Source: Octopus sinensis (taxonomy: Eukaryota). From it: 64,000 bases of DNA. Below, one piece after another: positions 38,590 through 52,443 of this stretch. A model generated the notes under the pieces. The model was given only the letters and a program-made list of their open reading frames with translations. It had not been told where the DNA came from and did no database searches. The number at the start of each line of letters is the position of its first letter. Within the stretch, counting starts at the first letter, position 1. The stretch spans positions 7,750,001 through 7,814,000 of the forward strand of contig NC_043004.1 in the NCBI RefSeq assembly GCF_006345805.1, written 5' to 3'. The position numbers and the translations under genes were made by a program.

Positions 38590-39730
38590 GTTATGAAGAT
38601 CATGGAGAGAGCCATAGCACAATTGATACGTGACGGTACATCTCGATGAGATGCAGTCTGGAAAAAGTGCCTTGGATGCAATCTTCCTAGTGAGGCAAAT
38701 ACAGGAGAAATACTTGGCTAAGCGTAAACCACTATTCCTGGCCTTCATTGACCTGCAGAAGGCATTTGACAGAGAACCACATACAATAATCTGGTGGACA
38801 CTTAAGAAACTAGGGGTTGATGCACCAGCTGAGCACAAAAACGCAGGAAGTGAAGTGAGAGTTAACAATGATTTCAGAGACAAATTAAGCGTGAAGGTAG
38901 GAGTTCACATCAAAGTTCAGTTCTCAGTCCTCTGCTGGTCATCCAAAATGCTAATGATCTGATTCTCATTGCTGAATCTATAGTGCAATTATAGAAGAAG
39001 AAATTCTGAACGCGGAAGCTAAGCTTAGAACCAAAAGGTCTTAAGGTAAACTTAACAAAAGCGGAGGTTTTAATAAGAAGACAGGGCTTGGCCCTCTCAT
39101 ATCTTCCATTGATGCCGACTGTTTCTTCTTCACTATATCCGCAAGGATTATGTACAAATTCCATATACTGCATCCAATGAAAGCAATGGACACAAAAGGT
39201 GTAGTGAAACCACAAGCAGTCTATCTGAGAATGCAAACTTCAAATGTGGTAGGTGCGATGGAGCAATTCATACTTTGAACACACCATAAATAGAATCTCC
39301 TCTACGTCCAGATGACTCATTAGAAGTAGTTGAGAGTTTTGTTACCAAGATAATGAAAATTAGCAGGGGAGGTGGTTGTTCTGAAAGTAAAGCAGCCAGA
39401 GTAAGAATGGGCTGTAGAAAGTTCAGGGAGCTACTACCACCACTGGCTATAAAGGGCTTTTACCCCTCAGAGTGAAGAGCAAATTATATGAAACTTGTGC
39501 TAGAACTGCAATGCTGCATGGTAGCGAGACATGAACCTTGAATGCAGAGGACTTGAGAAGACTGGAAAGAAATGAAGCTAGCACTGGACATGTAATGTAA
39601 GTGTGCTTGACAGACATGGCACAAAAAAGTACTGAGAGGAAAATGGGGCACGAAGGGAAATCAGATGTAGAGTACAAGTGACCAGACAGTATCAGTTTGG
39701 ACATATAGTTGAGGACAGCTGTACAATGAA
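38590..39730 (+). mobile_element. Degraded RTE LINE RT fragment (antisense to host gene)
   Basis: DAIFLVRQIQEKYLAKRKPLFLAFIDLQKAFDR. Confidence 0.85.
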
Positions 39731-40213
39731 GCAAAAAACTTTAACTGAGAATATGCATGTATTTAGTGGATAAATGTCCTCCTATATATGTTTGAAATCA
39801 GAAAACAACAAGCAAGGTACATAACGCCAATAAGTCCGTAAAAATTTAAAGATTTAAAAAAAAAGATCCACTCCAAGCTGCTTATTTTTATTTCTCAAAA
39901 ATTTCAATTAGCTGAGCTTACTGAAATTAGCTCCCTTACTTTTAGATTTTAAATACTCGTGTGAGCATTTGTCTCCAATTTTCAAGGATAGTTACACAAG
40001 TTTTTCAACTTGCTGTACTACATTACTAAAAGGGCATTCATTATGTGGAACCCCCACCATCGATTGCCCATATTTACACCAGAATTTGCATTTTTCTAAG
40101 ACTTTTACAGACTTTTGTATCATTTAATCTTATGATTTGATTTTCAAAAGAAAAACAAAAGACACACACACAGACACAGATACATAAAATCCCCCAAATG
40201 TTGTAAGCCTTAC

Positions 40214-40288
40214 CTTTTAATTTAGCCAGCTGTTCTTTCCAAGCATCCTCAGCCAAAGTATGTCTCGATTCTAAACTATATCTCTCAC
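40214..40288 (-). CDS. CPLANE1: CPLANE1 coding exon 10
   Basis: tcttag|(G)ERYSLESRHTLAEDAWKEQLAKLK|gtaagg; phase 1 to 1. Confidence 0.85.
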
Positions 40289-41719
40289 CTAAGATTAAAA
40301 AAAAGAAAAAAAAAGAAAAATTTTTAGGCTAAAACTGCTGAAGAATTTAATCAATTACTATTGAATCTATATTATAATTATAGTATAGACTTTAGCGTAT
40401 TTAGGAACACCCTATACAGTAGAATTAGTATGCTGTACAATATGTACAGCATACTACATAAAATCTTGTCAAGAAAGAAATATGAAATTATCTAATATTA
40501 AAGTTTTTCTCTCAAAGGCATTAACAACATAAATGAAGTGAAACAGCTTGAACTAGGACAGAAAACAGCCTTAGGTGTGGTTTCATCTAGAGTTTACATT
40601 ACAACTGAAACCACTAAACAGAACACACACACACACACCATGATCATGATCAGTTAACATCTGTTTTCCATGCTGGTATGAATTGGATGGGTTGACAAGA
40701 GCTGGCAAGTCAGAAGACTGTACCAAGCTCTACTGTCTACACACACACATGCATAATGTGTACACAGTAGCATCACAGGCAGATGAAAAGGGGAGTTCGT
40801 ATAGAGAAGAGACAGAGCAATAGTCAAGAATATGAGTATCCAAAACCTGAGGTGGCTATTTAAGAGTAACTGACAGTTTCTCAGTGACCCAAACAGCAAT
40901 GGTGCAAGGTTCTGTGTAACCATAGTAACCAGAGTAAATACAGAGAGGGAAATGTTCAAGGAACTATTTGCATTGGTTCACTATAAAGGAATTCTCTTTG
41001 AGCGAAGGGTAGTTTGTATGAGGCTTGTGTTGGAAATGAGATGCTGCAACGTCGCCTTACTGGCATCTGTGCCATGTATAAAAAGATTCGAGTGAGGTCA
41101 TTGCCAGTACTGCCTGACTGGCCCCCGTGTCGGTGACATGTAAAAAGCACCCACTACACTCTCAGAGTGGTTGGCGTTAGGAAGAGCATCCAGCTGTAGA
41201 AACCATGCCAAATCAGATTGGAGCCTGGTGCGGCCGTCTGGTTTGCCAGCCCTCAGTCAAAATCGTCCAACCCATGCTAGCATGGAAAGTGGACGTTAAA
41301 CGATGATGATGATGATGTGTAAAAGAGAATGGAGTTTGGTGCGGTCCTCTGGATCACTAGTCCTGTTGGAGCATCCGACCCATGCCAGCATGGAAAACAG
41401 ATGTTTAATGATGATGATGAAGATGATGCATGGAGGCTGACTAGAAATACAGCAAACATTCTGCACTTGGTGTTTAATGCTGATGGGTATGAGAATGATG
41501 CAATGAGGTCAAGGAAAAAAAATAGCAGACAGCTTCAATGGCCATGGGAAAAAAAACTGAGCTAATATAGAACATGTGGTGCACATGAAGGATAAGAGGA
41601 AGGGTGACAAGTGGCAGGCAATCCAGCCAAAAGAATTGGAAGAACAAGGAATACGCGAGAAGAACTGCTAAGGAAGACCTGCCTAATCTATGGATACACA
41701 GGGAAAAAATGGACTGCTG

Positions 41720-41795
41720 CTGCTGCTGATGGTGATGATGATGATGATGGTGATGATGGTGGTGATGATGTTGGTGATGATGATGGTGGTGATGA
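41720..41795. repeat. (GAT/GGT)n microsatellite
   Basis: Direct; source of the poly-His ORF. Confidence 0.9.
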
Positions 41796-42074
41796 ATTCC
41801 TGAAAACAAATGGACTGAAGATTGCAGACTGTAATTGAAGTGAAGACACTCCAGAGTGGCTTAACATCAGGCTTTATCTGGAGCTAAACAAATAATTGTT
41901 ATGTAGATCTTCTCACGAGGCTTATTTAAAACCATAAAGATTTAAACATGTTTATGAAGGATGCAGTGAAGAGTTTGCAATAAGACAGAACCAACAAATG
42001 GACCAGCACCTTATTGACTCTTCAAGCTGCAGATCCTGGCAAAATAAGAGACTCTAAAAATATATATTATAATA

Positions 42075-42570
42075 ATAATAATAATAAGGAAATTATTGTA
42101 TACAGTGCTCAGGTGCACCACAACTTGTCAAAAGTGCGTATAAGGCATATGCAGTAACGTACAAAAGTCTGGGAAGTGAACAGTGTATGAGTCAGATACA
42201 TGCTTGCTTGTGTGTATGGAGGGGAGAAGATCAGGTGTAGTGTTGGCGAATCTCAGAAAGCATGGAAGTTTTGAAGGATGCAGTGCTCCGACAACTAACA
42301 ACTGATGCTGGCAGTCTGTTCCATGCTTCAGAAACTCTTAGCGTGAAAGAAATGTTTTTGAAAGTCATAGAAGGAGCTGTGCTGTTTTCTGACTTTGTAA
42401 ACATGTCCACGGGTGTTAGACAGGTGGAGTTTGAAAAGGTGCTCAGAGTTATTGTTAGTAAGATGGTTAATAATTCTATGGGTGTCTGCCAAGTCAGCTG
42501 CCAGACGTCTGAGTTTCAATGTGTCCATGCCCAGGGAAGTAAGGCGCTCAGAATATGGCAAATGCCTGAT
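42075..42570 (-). mobile_element. CR1/L2-type LINE 3' fragment
   Basis: MPYSERLTSLGMDTLKLRRLAADL...TRGHVYKV. Confidence 0.85.
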
Positions 42571-42794
42571 GGAGGGTATTCTCTGGTATATTGTATTCTT
42601 ACAAACTTTATTACTTGACTAAAATACTCCTCCTTTGACATCCATGTTGGAATGGGTTGTATAGGTTTGCAAAAATTATTACTCTTCAGTCATCTCCATC
42701 CTTAACCAGCTCTCTACTATCTGTCATTATGCAGAAGACTTTATTACTCATCTCTGTTCTATATCTCTACATTTGAACCTATCTTCATACATAC

Positions 42795-43003
42795 CTTTGC
42801 TGATATTACAAGGTCTTTCTTTGATGTCTTGTGTGCTGGACAGATTGGAGAAAAGAAGTGTGTTGAGGCGCTGGAACAATTCCCTGAGTATTTCTGAGAA
42901 CTCACTTTCCTGCTGGCGTGGTGACTTTTTTTGTCTTTGTTTGAAGTCCTCAGCTGCAACCATCTCAGCATGTTTCATCAACAACTTCCAAGTTGGTAAC
43001 AAT
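42795..43003 (-). CDS. CPLANE1: CPLANE1 coding exon 9
   Basis: gtgcag|LLPTWKLLMKHAE...RPCNISK|gtatgt; phase 2 to 1. Confidence 0.85.
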
Positions 43004-43429
43004 CTGCACAAAAAAGTAAAATAAAATTCACAAGGAACAAATTCAAGCTTATCAGGTTTTGTTTCAGGTTTCTCGAAACTGTTTCATATTGATTCTAGTG
43101 ATTGGATACTTAATCATATTGATTTTAGCAGTGACAGGATTTACAACTAATATGTTTTTAGGGATGCTACAATATCTTGCCTGAACAATTAATAAAACTA
43201 AAATAAAAGGAAAAAATGACCACCAGCTGCCCAAAGATAACTTAGATGAGTTAGATAAGAACTTATACTCCACAGTTCTAAATAAAGTAAATATAGGTGC
43301 AGGAGTGGCTGTGTGGTAAGAAACTTGCTTCACAACCACATGGTTCTGGGTTTAGTCCCACTGCGTGACACCTTGGGCCAACCAAAGCCTTATGAGTGAA
43401 TTTGGTAGATGGAAACTGAAAAAAGCCTG

Positions 43430-43468
<39 letters not shown>

Positions 43469-43914
43469 AAGTAAGACAGGGGTTATGGGTGTAACCCACT
43501 ATGGGATAGTATTTATCCAATATACTGTTGGTAGAGTACCCAGATTCTTAATACATAAATGTTTTTAATTGCAATGCAATTAACTCATTTATTGTATTAA
43601 ATGGGTGAAGGTAAATATTCTAATATCCGAAAGTTGATGAACAAACTAAATTTGTTTCTCCATTTTCTTATTTATATATATATATTTGCACGTGTGTGTC
43701 CGTGTTTCTCCCTGTACCATCACTTGACAACCGATGTTGGTGTGTTTACGTCCCCGTAATTTACCGGTTTGGCAAAAGAGACCGCTAGAATAAGTACTAG
43801 GCTTACAAAGTATAAGTGCTGGGATCGATTTGTTTGACAAAAGGCAGTGCTCCAGCATGGCCAGCAGTCAGATGACTGAAACAAGTAAAAGAACAAACGA
43901 ATCAAAGAACTTAC

Positions 43915-44991
43915 TCTTGTAAAGAACTATTTTGGATTGTTTGCTCAACATTGGGTTTCTTTTTAGGAACTTTCTTTCTTGAATTCGAAGTCTTTGAGCA
44001 ATTTCTTGAAGGTTCATACCAACTATTATCTTCTGATTCTGTGTTTATTTCCAGAAAAGGATCTTCCCTTCCCCTGGCTTTTGATGGTGGATATTTTGAA
44101 GACCAGGTGTAAGTCTTGCTAAGAATTCGGTTAGTAAAGTTGAGTAAAGCTTCACATCCCAGAAGTGTTTTAATAGCAGGATCAGATTTGGAAAGGTTCT
44201 TGTTATTAAGTATAAGTTTAACAATTTTATGAACAAAACAAATGATGACATTGAGATGTCGTTGATATAAGAAATCAAAATGAAGAAGATGCAGAAATTC
44301 CCGAAACATTCGAATCAAATGAAAAAGAGAGGATTTATCTGACATTTCATTCTTTAAAGACTTGGTTAATGATGACACCTCAAGAAAAAGCTGGAATACC
44401 TTGGAGGTATTCACTAAAGTCGCTTTGGTAATTTTTGCTCTTGTTGGATCCCAGGTACAACCTGATGTCACCTCAAGTTTCCAAGCTAAGAGCAAACTGA
44501 GATAAATATTTTTCAAAATTTCTGAGTGGGTTTTAGAAGTTTTTGGCTGTGATTTGCAGTTGTTGGTTAAAGGAACACCAAATGTAATGACTCCAGCATC
44601 TAGATTATTAAGATGATCCTCTTGAAGAATGCTTTGGTCACTATCTTCTGAATGTGTTCCCTCTTCAAAGTGATAGGATCTGGGAGGTTGCAATAAAGTA
44701 AGGCTGCTAATGTTTTCCTTGACAAAAATTCCATCAGCAGAGCTCTGTTCGGAATGGGTAAAATCAAGTTTGTATTCTTTACTTAGTAAAGAAAGCTTCT
44801 GAGAGGACCAAGAGACGAGGTTCTGAACCAGAGACAAACAGTCCAAATTGTAAGGCAGTTCAAGAACAGTCACAAGAAAGCCGTCACTACAAATAATAAT
44901 TGGTAAATGTGGATGAGTACTTATTGAGAACTTTTGAGAATTGAGAATCTCATTTCGTTGATTTGCCTCGGCTTTTGATATATTTTCATCT
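43915..44991 (-). CDS. CPLANE1: CPLANE1 coding exon 8 (1077 nt)
   Basis: tcacag|DENISK...QKFSISTHPHLPIIICSDGFLVTVLEL...NSSLQ|gtaagt; extends ORF 43911..44873; phase 2 to 2. Confidence 0.92.
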
Positions 44992-46549
44992 CTGTGAAAG
45001 AATAAAAAACAAAAAACAACCTTAACAATGACTGAGAAACAAAAATTACAAAATCATTAAATAAAATAATTTTTTATATTTTTACTTCAATAAAATAAAA
45101 GTTTATTTATTAATGTATAAAATAATGTGATAAAAATATTTGAAAGAGAGAAAAATACAATAAATAGAATCTAAGGAATTCAATATCTTTGTGATGATAT
45201 CAATTTTAGGTGAAAACAACAATTTTCACCTGAAAAATGTGAAATCATTGTTTAACGTCCGCTTTCCATGCTAGCATGGGTTGGATGATTTGACTGAAGA
45301 CTGGCAAACCAGATGGCTGCACCAGGCTCCAATCTTGATCTGGCAGAGTTTCTACAGCTGGATGCCCCTCCTAACGCCAACCACCCTGAGAGTGTAATGG
45401 GTGCTTTTAAAGTGCCACTGGCATGAGGGCCAGTCTGGCAGTACTGGCAACAGCCATGCTCGAAAATGGTGTTTTTGAAATGTCTTTTAAATCAAAGAAA
45501 TTTTAAGGATCAGAACCTAGCTTCCTTGTCATGGTGTTAAGAGGATGAGAAAAATTATCTCACGGAAAGGACATTGGTCAGTCACAAGTAACATTCCCAG
45601 ATCTGATATTATTGGCAACAAGGTGAACTCCAGGTGCATAGAAGTATGTGTTTGTTAAGAAGCTGGAATAATTGCAAAACTTTTGAGCTGGAATGCCAAT
45701 AGCTGACAAATCTTTCCTGTTACAACAATTTGTGGCTAATGCTGACTGGCACCTGTGCTTGTGGCATGTAAAAAGCACCATTCAAGTGTGGACAATGCCA
45801 GTGCCACCTGGGTGGTACACAAAAAGCACCATTTGAGCATGGTCAATACCAGTGCCGCCTGACTGGCTCCCATGCTGGTGGCACATAAAAAGCACCCACA
45901 ACACTCTCAGAGTGGTTGGCGTTAGGAAAGGAATCCAGCTGTAGAAACCTTGTCAGATCAAATTGGAGCCTGGTGCAGCCTCCTGGTTTGCCAGTCCTCA
46001 GTCAAACCGTCCAAACCATGCCAGCATGGAAAGTGGACATTAAACGATGACTGAAGAAAGGTGGATTGAAAAGTAAAACTTGTTGGGCATCAGTCATGTT
46101 TGTCAATGTGCACAATAGGAGGAGGAGATGAATGAAATGAAATCTGTGTTGGGGGAAAAGTGCCATGAGCCCTTTGGTGGATGAGGATCTAACAGAGAAG
46201 CAAAACAAACAAACCAAAAAATGTTTGAAGATGGCAAAGTCAGATGTGAGAATGGTACCATGATGACAATTGTTGAATAGTCCTAAGTAACAAATGGACA
46301 AACAGATTTGAAGATGGAAATTATGATGATGATCACCATCATCATCATCATTATCTTCATGCTCTCCCCCACCCCCCCACCCCCAATGATTGTTAGGATG
46401 ATGATGGATTGGAAAGACGGAGCTGTGTTTTTTTAAAATTTTATTTCATTTGCCAAGCTCTGCTAGTTTTATTCAGCTGACAGGAAGGAGTTTGTAAGGA
46501 TTCTTGGAGTATTCTGAACAAAAAAAAAAAAAAAGATTGCATTAATTAC

Positions 46550-46732
46550 CTTACAATAATAACAGGATGAATTGGCAGGAAGAAGGCTGGTCCCATTTCT
46601 TGGGACAATCCATTGGTCTTCAAAAGTACAGGTTCACCAAGACGAGGAAGAATACAAACAGAGCCAGAGTTGAGTATACAGACGACAAACAAGTTGTTGT
46701 ACGTCCATTTCATAGAAGCGATCCAGTAATAA
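46550..46732 (-). CDS. CPLANE1: CPLANE1 coding exon 7
   Basis: tggcag|YYWIASMKWTYNNLFVVCIL...EMGPAFFLPIHPVIIV|gtaatt; phase 2 to 2. Confidence 0.92.
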
Positions 46733-47068
46733 CTGCCAAAATGAAAAAAAGATAAAAATAACAACAACAATAATAATAATGGTTTCAAATTTTGCCACAA
46801 GGGCAGCAATTTTTGGGGAAGGGAGAAGTTGATTTCCTCAACCCCAATATCTCACTGGTACTTAATTTATCAAGAACGAAAGGTAAAGTCAACCTCAGAC
46901 GAATTTGAACTCAGAATGTAGCAACAGGTGAAATACCACTAAGCATTTTATCCAGTGTGCTAACAATTCTGCCATCTCCCTGCCTTAATAATAATAATAA
47001 TAATAATTATGGAGATGTACTTGCATAGCAAGTGACCTGATCTGAAATCATGTGCTGGAACAAAAACA

Positions 47069-47360
47069 ATTGCAGTGTGGAAGATGTTTATAAGCCATTT
47101 AAAAACACACAAAAACCATTAGATTCACTTCAACATTTAAATATAATTTGCCAAAATATTTCCATCACTTTAAGACTGCAACCTGTTCACTGACAAAATT
47201 CTGGGCTGCATCTCAGATGCAACATGGAATTTTGTCAGTAAACAGGTCACGGTCTCAAAGCGACGAAAAATATTTTGACAAGTTAAATTTAAATGTTGAA
47301 GTAAATCTAATGGTTTTTATGTGTTTTTAAATGGCTTATAAACACCTTCCACACTGCAAT
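47069..47360. mobile_element. Palindromic (hairpin) element, about 145-bp arms, 1-nt loop
   Basis: Centre tgcatct-c-agatgca at 47214; termini attgcagtgtggaag / cttccacactgcaat. Confidence 0.85.
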
Positions 47361-48114
47361 AATAATAATAAATTTCATTTCTTTACTGGCCACAAAAATT
47401 GGTTACACAAAAAGGATAACAGAATATGCAACAATGTTATAATAAATGAATAAATAAATATATGAAGAGAAGATCAAAACACTCTGAACATTATACTGAA
47501 ATAGGTTTTAAATTTAGTAAAAATAAAGACAAATAAAGAAGGTATGGATGAAAGTCCCCACCTAGATGTGATCAAGGGATGACCATGACTACCTTCATTC
47601 AGATCACCTTCTCCAAACTGGGTCCTCTGAAATTGTCAGTGAGTTAAAACATAAAGAATGCCCAAACTTACTGAGCAGTGATCCCTTATTTATCAATAGT
47701 TCCCTGGTTGTTTACTGACAGCCACCTCTTACCCTGTGGGGGCAACTGGTATTTACCTCTTGTCCTCAGTCAGCTCAATATTTGTTTTGTCCTCTTAAGT
47801 TCAATACCAAATCAAGCAAGTAGATAAAATTGTGGACCTCAATGTGGGGTCATCTCTTCAAGGAGGGATTTAAGCCTTTTCTGTGAAATTATCTTGAATT
47901 TTTTTCTTTTTCTTTTTTTTAATTATTCCTTTTGTTTGCCTTTAGTTAAGTTCAGTTCCATTGCATGCATTCAAAGCAATCTTCTGGTCTGAAGGGTTTT
48001 CCTTACTTACCCCTCACTAGGCTTAGAGAAACTACAAAATAAAGGTCACAAGCACTGCCCTTCCTTCTCTCACTAAATCTTTAAATAGTTCTGTTAATGA
48101 TGTTGTTTGGTTAC

Positions 48115-48357
48115 CTGAAATGAGTTGATGAAGATTCGTTAGTACCATTTCCTTTCATGTCTGTCACAACAGTTGTATTTGTAAAAGGAGACAAGAACAT
48201 TATTTTGTTTTGGTTGGCAACAGTCTTGTTGATGGCAACGGCAAGTATTTGGCCATCCCTGGAGTAGGCAGCCACTGGTTTGTCATTCATCTTGTTCAGT
48301 GCTATGTCAGTTTGGTTGTAGCTAACAGACATCCAATCAAAGTTAAATGGATAGAAG
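48115..48357 (-). CDS. CPLANE1: CPLANE1 coding exon 6
   Basis: tttcag|FYPFNFDW...KPVAAYSRDGQILAVAINK...STHF|gtaacc; phase 2 to 2. Confidence 0.92.
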
Positions 48358-50471
48358 CTGAAAACAAGACCAGAAATGAATTTAGATTACAACAACAATG
48401 CTACCACCAGCACCAACACCACAAGCCATCAGGGATTTTAAAACTTATTTCCACGTGGAACCTTTTATATGATTTCCAAAAATTAGTGAAAGTCTAATTC
48501 TACCTGCTTAATTTAACAAAACATTAAATGAAATAATGATTGTTTTAAAGAGAGAATTTATAATAATAATAATGAAATTATTACAGTGCTCAAGTGCACC
48601 ACAACTTGTCAAAAGTGCGTATAAAACATATGCAGTAATGTACAAATGTCTGGAAAGCGAACAGTGTATGAGTCAGATACATGCTTGTGTGTGTATGGAG
48701 GGGAGAAGATCAGGTGTAGTGTTGGCGAATCTCATGAAGCATGGAAGTTTTATGGAAAAGCAACAAGTAATTGGCATGAAAATTGGTATGAAATCTAATT
48801 TTGAAAAAAAAATTCTTTTATAAATTCTTTTTCTCCTGGAATTCCAGAATTTTCTTTGGAATTCATTTTGGAAAATATTGTTTGACCTGCTTGAAATATC
48901 AATCCAATTGGATTTTTAAAAAATGGTTTGCAAACAGGCTTTATGAACTCTGACTATTATCCATGTGTTGACCATTTCTAGAAAACATTCTTCATAGGTT
49001 GTTTCTGACAAATCAACTCAGATGGGACAGGGTTCCAAGAGAGACCCCTTGTGGCATAAGGCTTTGAGGCAGAGGCCAAACAGAAAACCAACAACAGAAG
49101 ATAAGAGAGGAGCATGATTAAAATCATTATGGGACATAAAAATGGAATATTTCAGACTCAGTTTGGACTGGCAGTATCTGTTCAGACTACCTGTGCTCTG
49201 GGTTCAAATCACATTGAGGTCAGCTCTGTCTTTCATCCTTCCAGAATTGATAAAATAAAATACAAATCAAGAGCAGTGGACTGACAGAATTGCCAGACAA
49301 AATGCCTCGGGACTTTTGTTCTGGTTCATTGCATTCTGGGTTTGTCCGAGACAACATTGGTATTGGGCTGTATCAGCCCTCGCCTTACCCTGGAGCAATA
49401 CTAGTGAGGGGGGTATGGAGAGGGAAGACTTGCTGCATGAACAACTATCAGTTTCCATTAAAAAAAAATGTTTAGTCCAAGTCAACCACCTTGAAGAGGA
49501 ACTTTCAAGGTGGTCGACTTGGAAAATTCCTATCCAGATCAACCTTGTTGACCCAACTAATGGAGGCCTTAAAATTCATTTGGGATAAACACTTGCATGC
49601 TAACAATGCTGGTTGTATTCTGTCTCCAAATGCATGAACTGATGTCTCATCAGGTGGTGAAGCAGCTCTGAAGAGGCTTTGGCCCCTTCCATTGTGATAC
49701 AAGAGTTGCCCCAGGACACCCACCAATATAAGCAGTACCAGAACTGCCTGGAGTCACCTACTGATGTACTCAATACTAGAGCTGCCTGGGGTCACCTGCC
49801 GATGTAGATGACACAACTCCAGCGTAACAATCTCAAGCTGTTATGCAAGAGTCTTGTTAAAAAAAATAAACGAAAAATGTCAAGTTAGAAAAAGAGAAGC
49901 AAAATGAGTTAAATACTGGTCGATATTATTTGTGAATCAATCTCTATAAAGCTGAAATGCGAAAAAGTTGTTTGATTTCTTGGTTATTTGTCTCATTTTG
50001 GGATGGGAACGGTTTAAGGGGTGGTAGATGGGGTCGGATTGGCACCAAAATTTACACTGGGGGATAAAATGGGGTGGGCAATGGTGTGAGGAGAGTTGCA
50101 AGTCACTCGGGACTACCGTTTAGTTGCCATAGTGAGGAATATGGGAAAAACTGAGATTTATGGGATAGACAGGTTGCACTGTTTGAATAATGGTGGCTTT
50201 TCGTGTTGCTGCAGCGGCTAAAGGCGGTTATGTTTAATTGTGGGTGTAAAAATTTGGGGGATTTTGGGAAGTGGAGTAAAGAAGAGGGCAATAAAATAAC
50301 CAGGTAAAGAAGATGAACAAAAGAAGAAAGGGAAAAGGAGACAGCACTCATAAAACAACAACACCACCAAAACCCGAGCGAAGCACGGGTCAAAATTGCT
50401 AGTCTAAATACATTAAAAGTTAAATTGAAAAAAAAAAAACCCAAAGATTATTTAAAAACAGAGTATCTTAC

Positions 50472-50581
50472 CTTGATGTGGGAGGTAAAGCAGCAGATAA
50501 GAAGTTAAGGTAGAGTGTAACGATGGTGAAAGCTTGTTTGTCGGACAACAAGAAGGAACAATTGCAACAGCAGCCAACAAC
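50472..50581 (-). CDS. CPLANE1: CPLANE1 coding exon 5
   Basis: ttgcag|VVGCCCNCSFLLSDKQAFTIVTLYLNFLSAALPPTS|gtaaga; phase 0 to 2. Confidence 0.85.
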
Positions 50582-51575
50582 CTGCAACATATAATTTATA
50601 GGAAAGTGAGGGCTAATATGTTCCATGTGGTAAGCCATCATCATCAACATCATTATTTGATTCCAATCAAATTCAATGACTGGCACCCATGCCAGTGGAG
50701 CGCTGAGAGCTCCATCTGAGCTGGATCACTGCCAGAGCAGCTGTCTGGCTTTTGTGCCAGTGGGCACGTAAAAAGCACCATCTAAGCATGATTGTTACCA
50801 GCATTGCCTTACTGGCATTTGTGTCAGTGGCACAAGAACAAAACATTCGAGCGAGGTTGTTGCCAGTGCCGCTGGACTGACTCCTGTGCAGGTGGCACGT
50901 AAAGAATACCTTTTTGAGTGTGGCCATTGCCAGTACTGCCAGACTGGCCCTCGTGCAGGTGGCACGTAAAAGTACCTACTCTCGGAGTGGTTGGCATTAG
51001 GAAGGGCATCCAGCTGTAGAAACTCTGCCAGAACAGATTGGAGTCTGGTGCAGCCATCTGGTTCGCCAGTCCTCAGTCAAATCGTCCAACCCATGCTAGC
51101 ATGGGAAGTGGACGTTAAAGGATGGTGATGATGATGTTTTCCATGCTGACATGGATTGGATGGTTTGACAGGGTCCAGTGAGCCACAGAGCTATGGTTGA
51201 GCTCAGATGTCAGCTTTGACAGGATTTCCATGATTGGATGCCATTCCTAATACCAACCATTTCACAGTGTATAGCAAGTGCTTTGCTTCTTTTTTCTTTT
51301 TGTGCCACAGGGTGCAAGTGATGTTGCTGAGTAGCATTTCGTAATGAAGAAAAGGGAAAATAATTATCTGTGTGACTATTTTTAGTCAAGAAAAACAGAG
51401 AAGAAAACCATAGAATTTAAATTAAAATTCTTAAAACATAAAGAAGGCGTGCATTTTCAATTACAGTAGTTTTATGATTGGTGAGAATGCATGGCCAATG
51501 ATAAAACTGCATTTCTTCAAACCCAAAGTCAAACTACAAATAACACTCATGCAAAATGGAGACAGAGATACTTAC

Positions 51576-51796
51576 CACATTGCTATAAAAGATGGCTGTT
51601 ATTACAGATTGATTAGCCAATCTAAAAATATCTTGAACGCTTTCAGAAATATCAACTGGATACCAGCAACCAATGACATTTTGTTCCTTGATTGAAACTG
51701 AAGGGACTGATGACCAAAGCCAAATATAGACACTGCCATCACTGGCAGCAACCAATATTTTCGTGGCATCATCAGATACGTAAATGCTGTAACAAT
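51576..51796 (-). CDS. CPLANE1: CPLANE1 coding exon 4
   Basis: ctttag|(D)CYSIYVSDDATKILVAASDGSVYIW...TAIFYSNV|gtaagt; phase 1 to 0. Confidence 0.88.
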
Positions 51797-52125
51797 CTAA
51801 AGACGAAACAAAATTAGGCAGGACACAACAAAAACAAAAGAAATAACAAAAATAAGCTTTTCTGATTTTGGTGCCATAAATTTTGAGGGGAGGGAAAAAT
51901 CAATTACAGCAACCTCAGTATTCAGCTGGTACTTGCTTTATTGACCTCCAAATGGACGAAAGACAAAGTCAGCCTCAGTGAAATTTGTGTTAGGGTTAGA
52001 ATGTAAAGAGCCAGAAGAAATACCAGCATTTGCTCCTAAAACTCTAACAATTCTGTCAAATAATAATAATAATAATTGGAGTAAAGATTGTTTGCTAACA
52101 ATATGGCAGTCCTGGTTTAGGACAA

Positions 52126-52443
52126 ATGTTGCTGTAATTTAGCCCCAGGAGACATCGTCTCCAGCTGGCTGTACGACATGATCTGTGTCCTTATATTTTC
52201 AAACAAGGGAATCTAGCACCCCAACTCAGCTCAAAACAATATCTGTGTATCGTGATTTCCGGGTTATTTCCTGAACAATTATTCTGTGCTGATGAAGAGA
52301 AATAACCCAGAAATCGTGATACACAGACATTGTTTTGAGCTGAGTTGGGGTGTTAGATTCCCTTGTTTGAAAATATAAGGACACAGATCGTGTCGTATAG
52401 CCAGCTGGAGACGATGTCTCCTGGAGCTAAATTACAGCAACAT
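52126..52443. mobile_element. Hairpin MITE-like element, 145-bp arms, 28-nt spacer
   Basis: 52126-52270 versus 52299-52443, 8 mismatches counted, all transitions. Confidence 0.88.

Noticed and set aside
41474-41809. Poly-His/Gln ORF
   Set aside because: Translation of a (CAT/CAC)n microsatellite in an intron.
46514-46549. 36-nt mini-intron with a strong acceptor after exon 7
   Set aside because: Probably too short to splice, leads to a stop after 24 codons, and exon 8 at 44991 continues the conserved protein in the right phase.
52289-52315. Hammerhead ribozyme (CTGATGA...GAAA) in the hairpin spacer
   Set aside because: No stem II can be formed between the motifs and no matching cleavage triplet or stem III was found.
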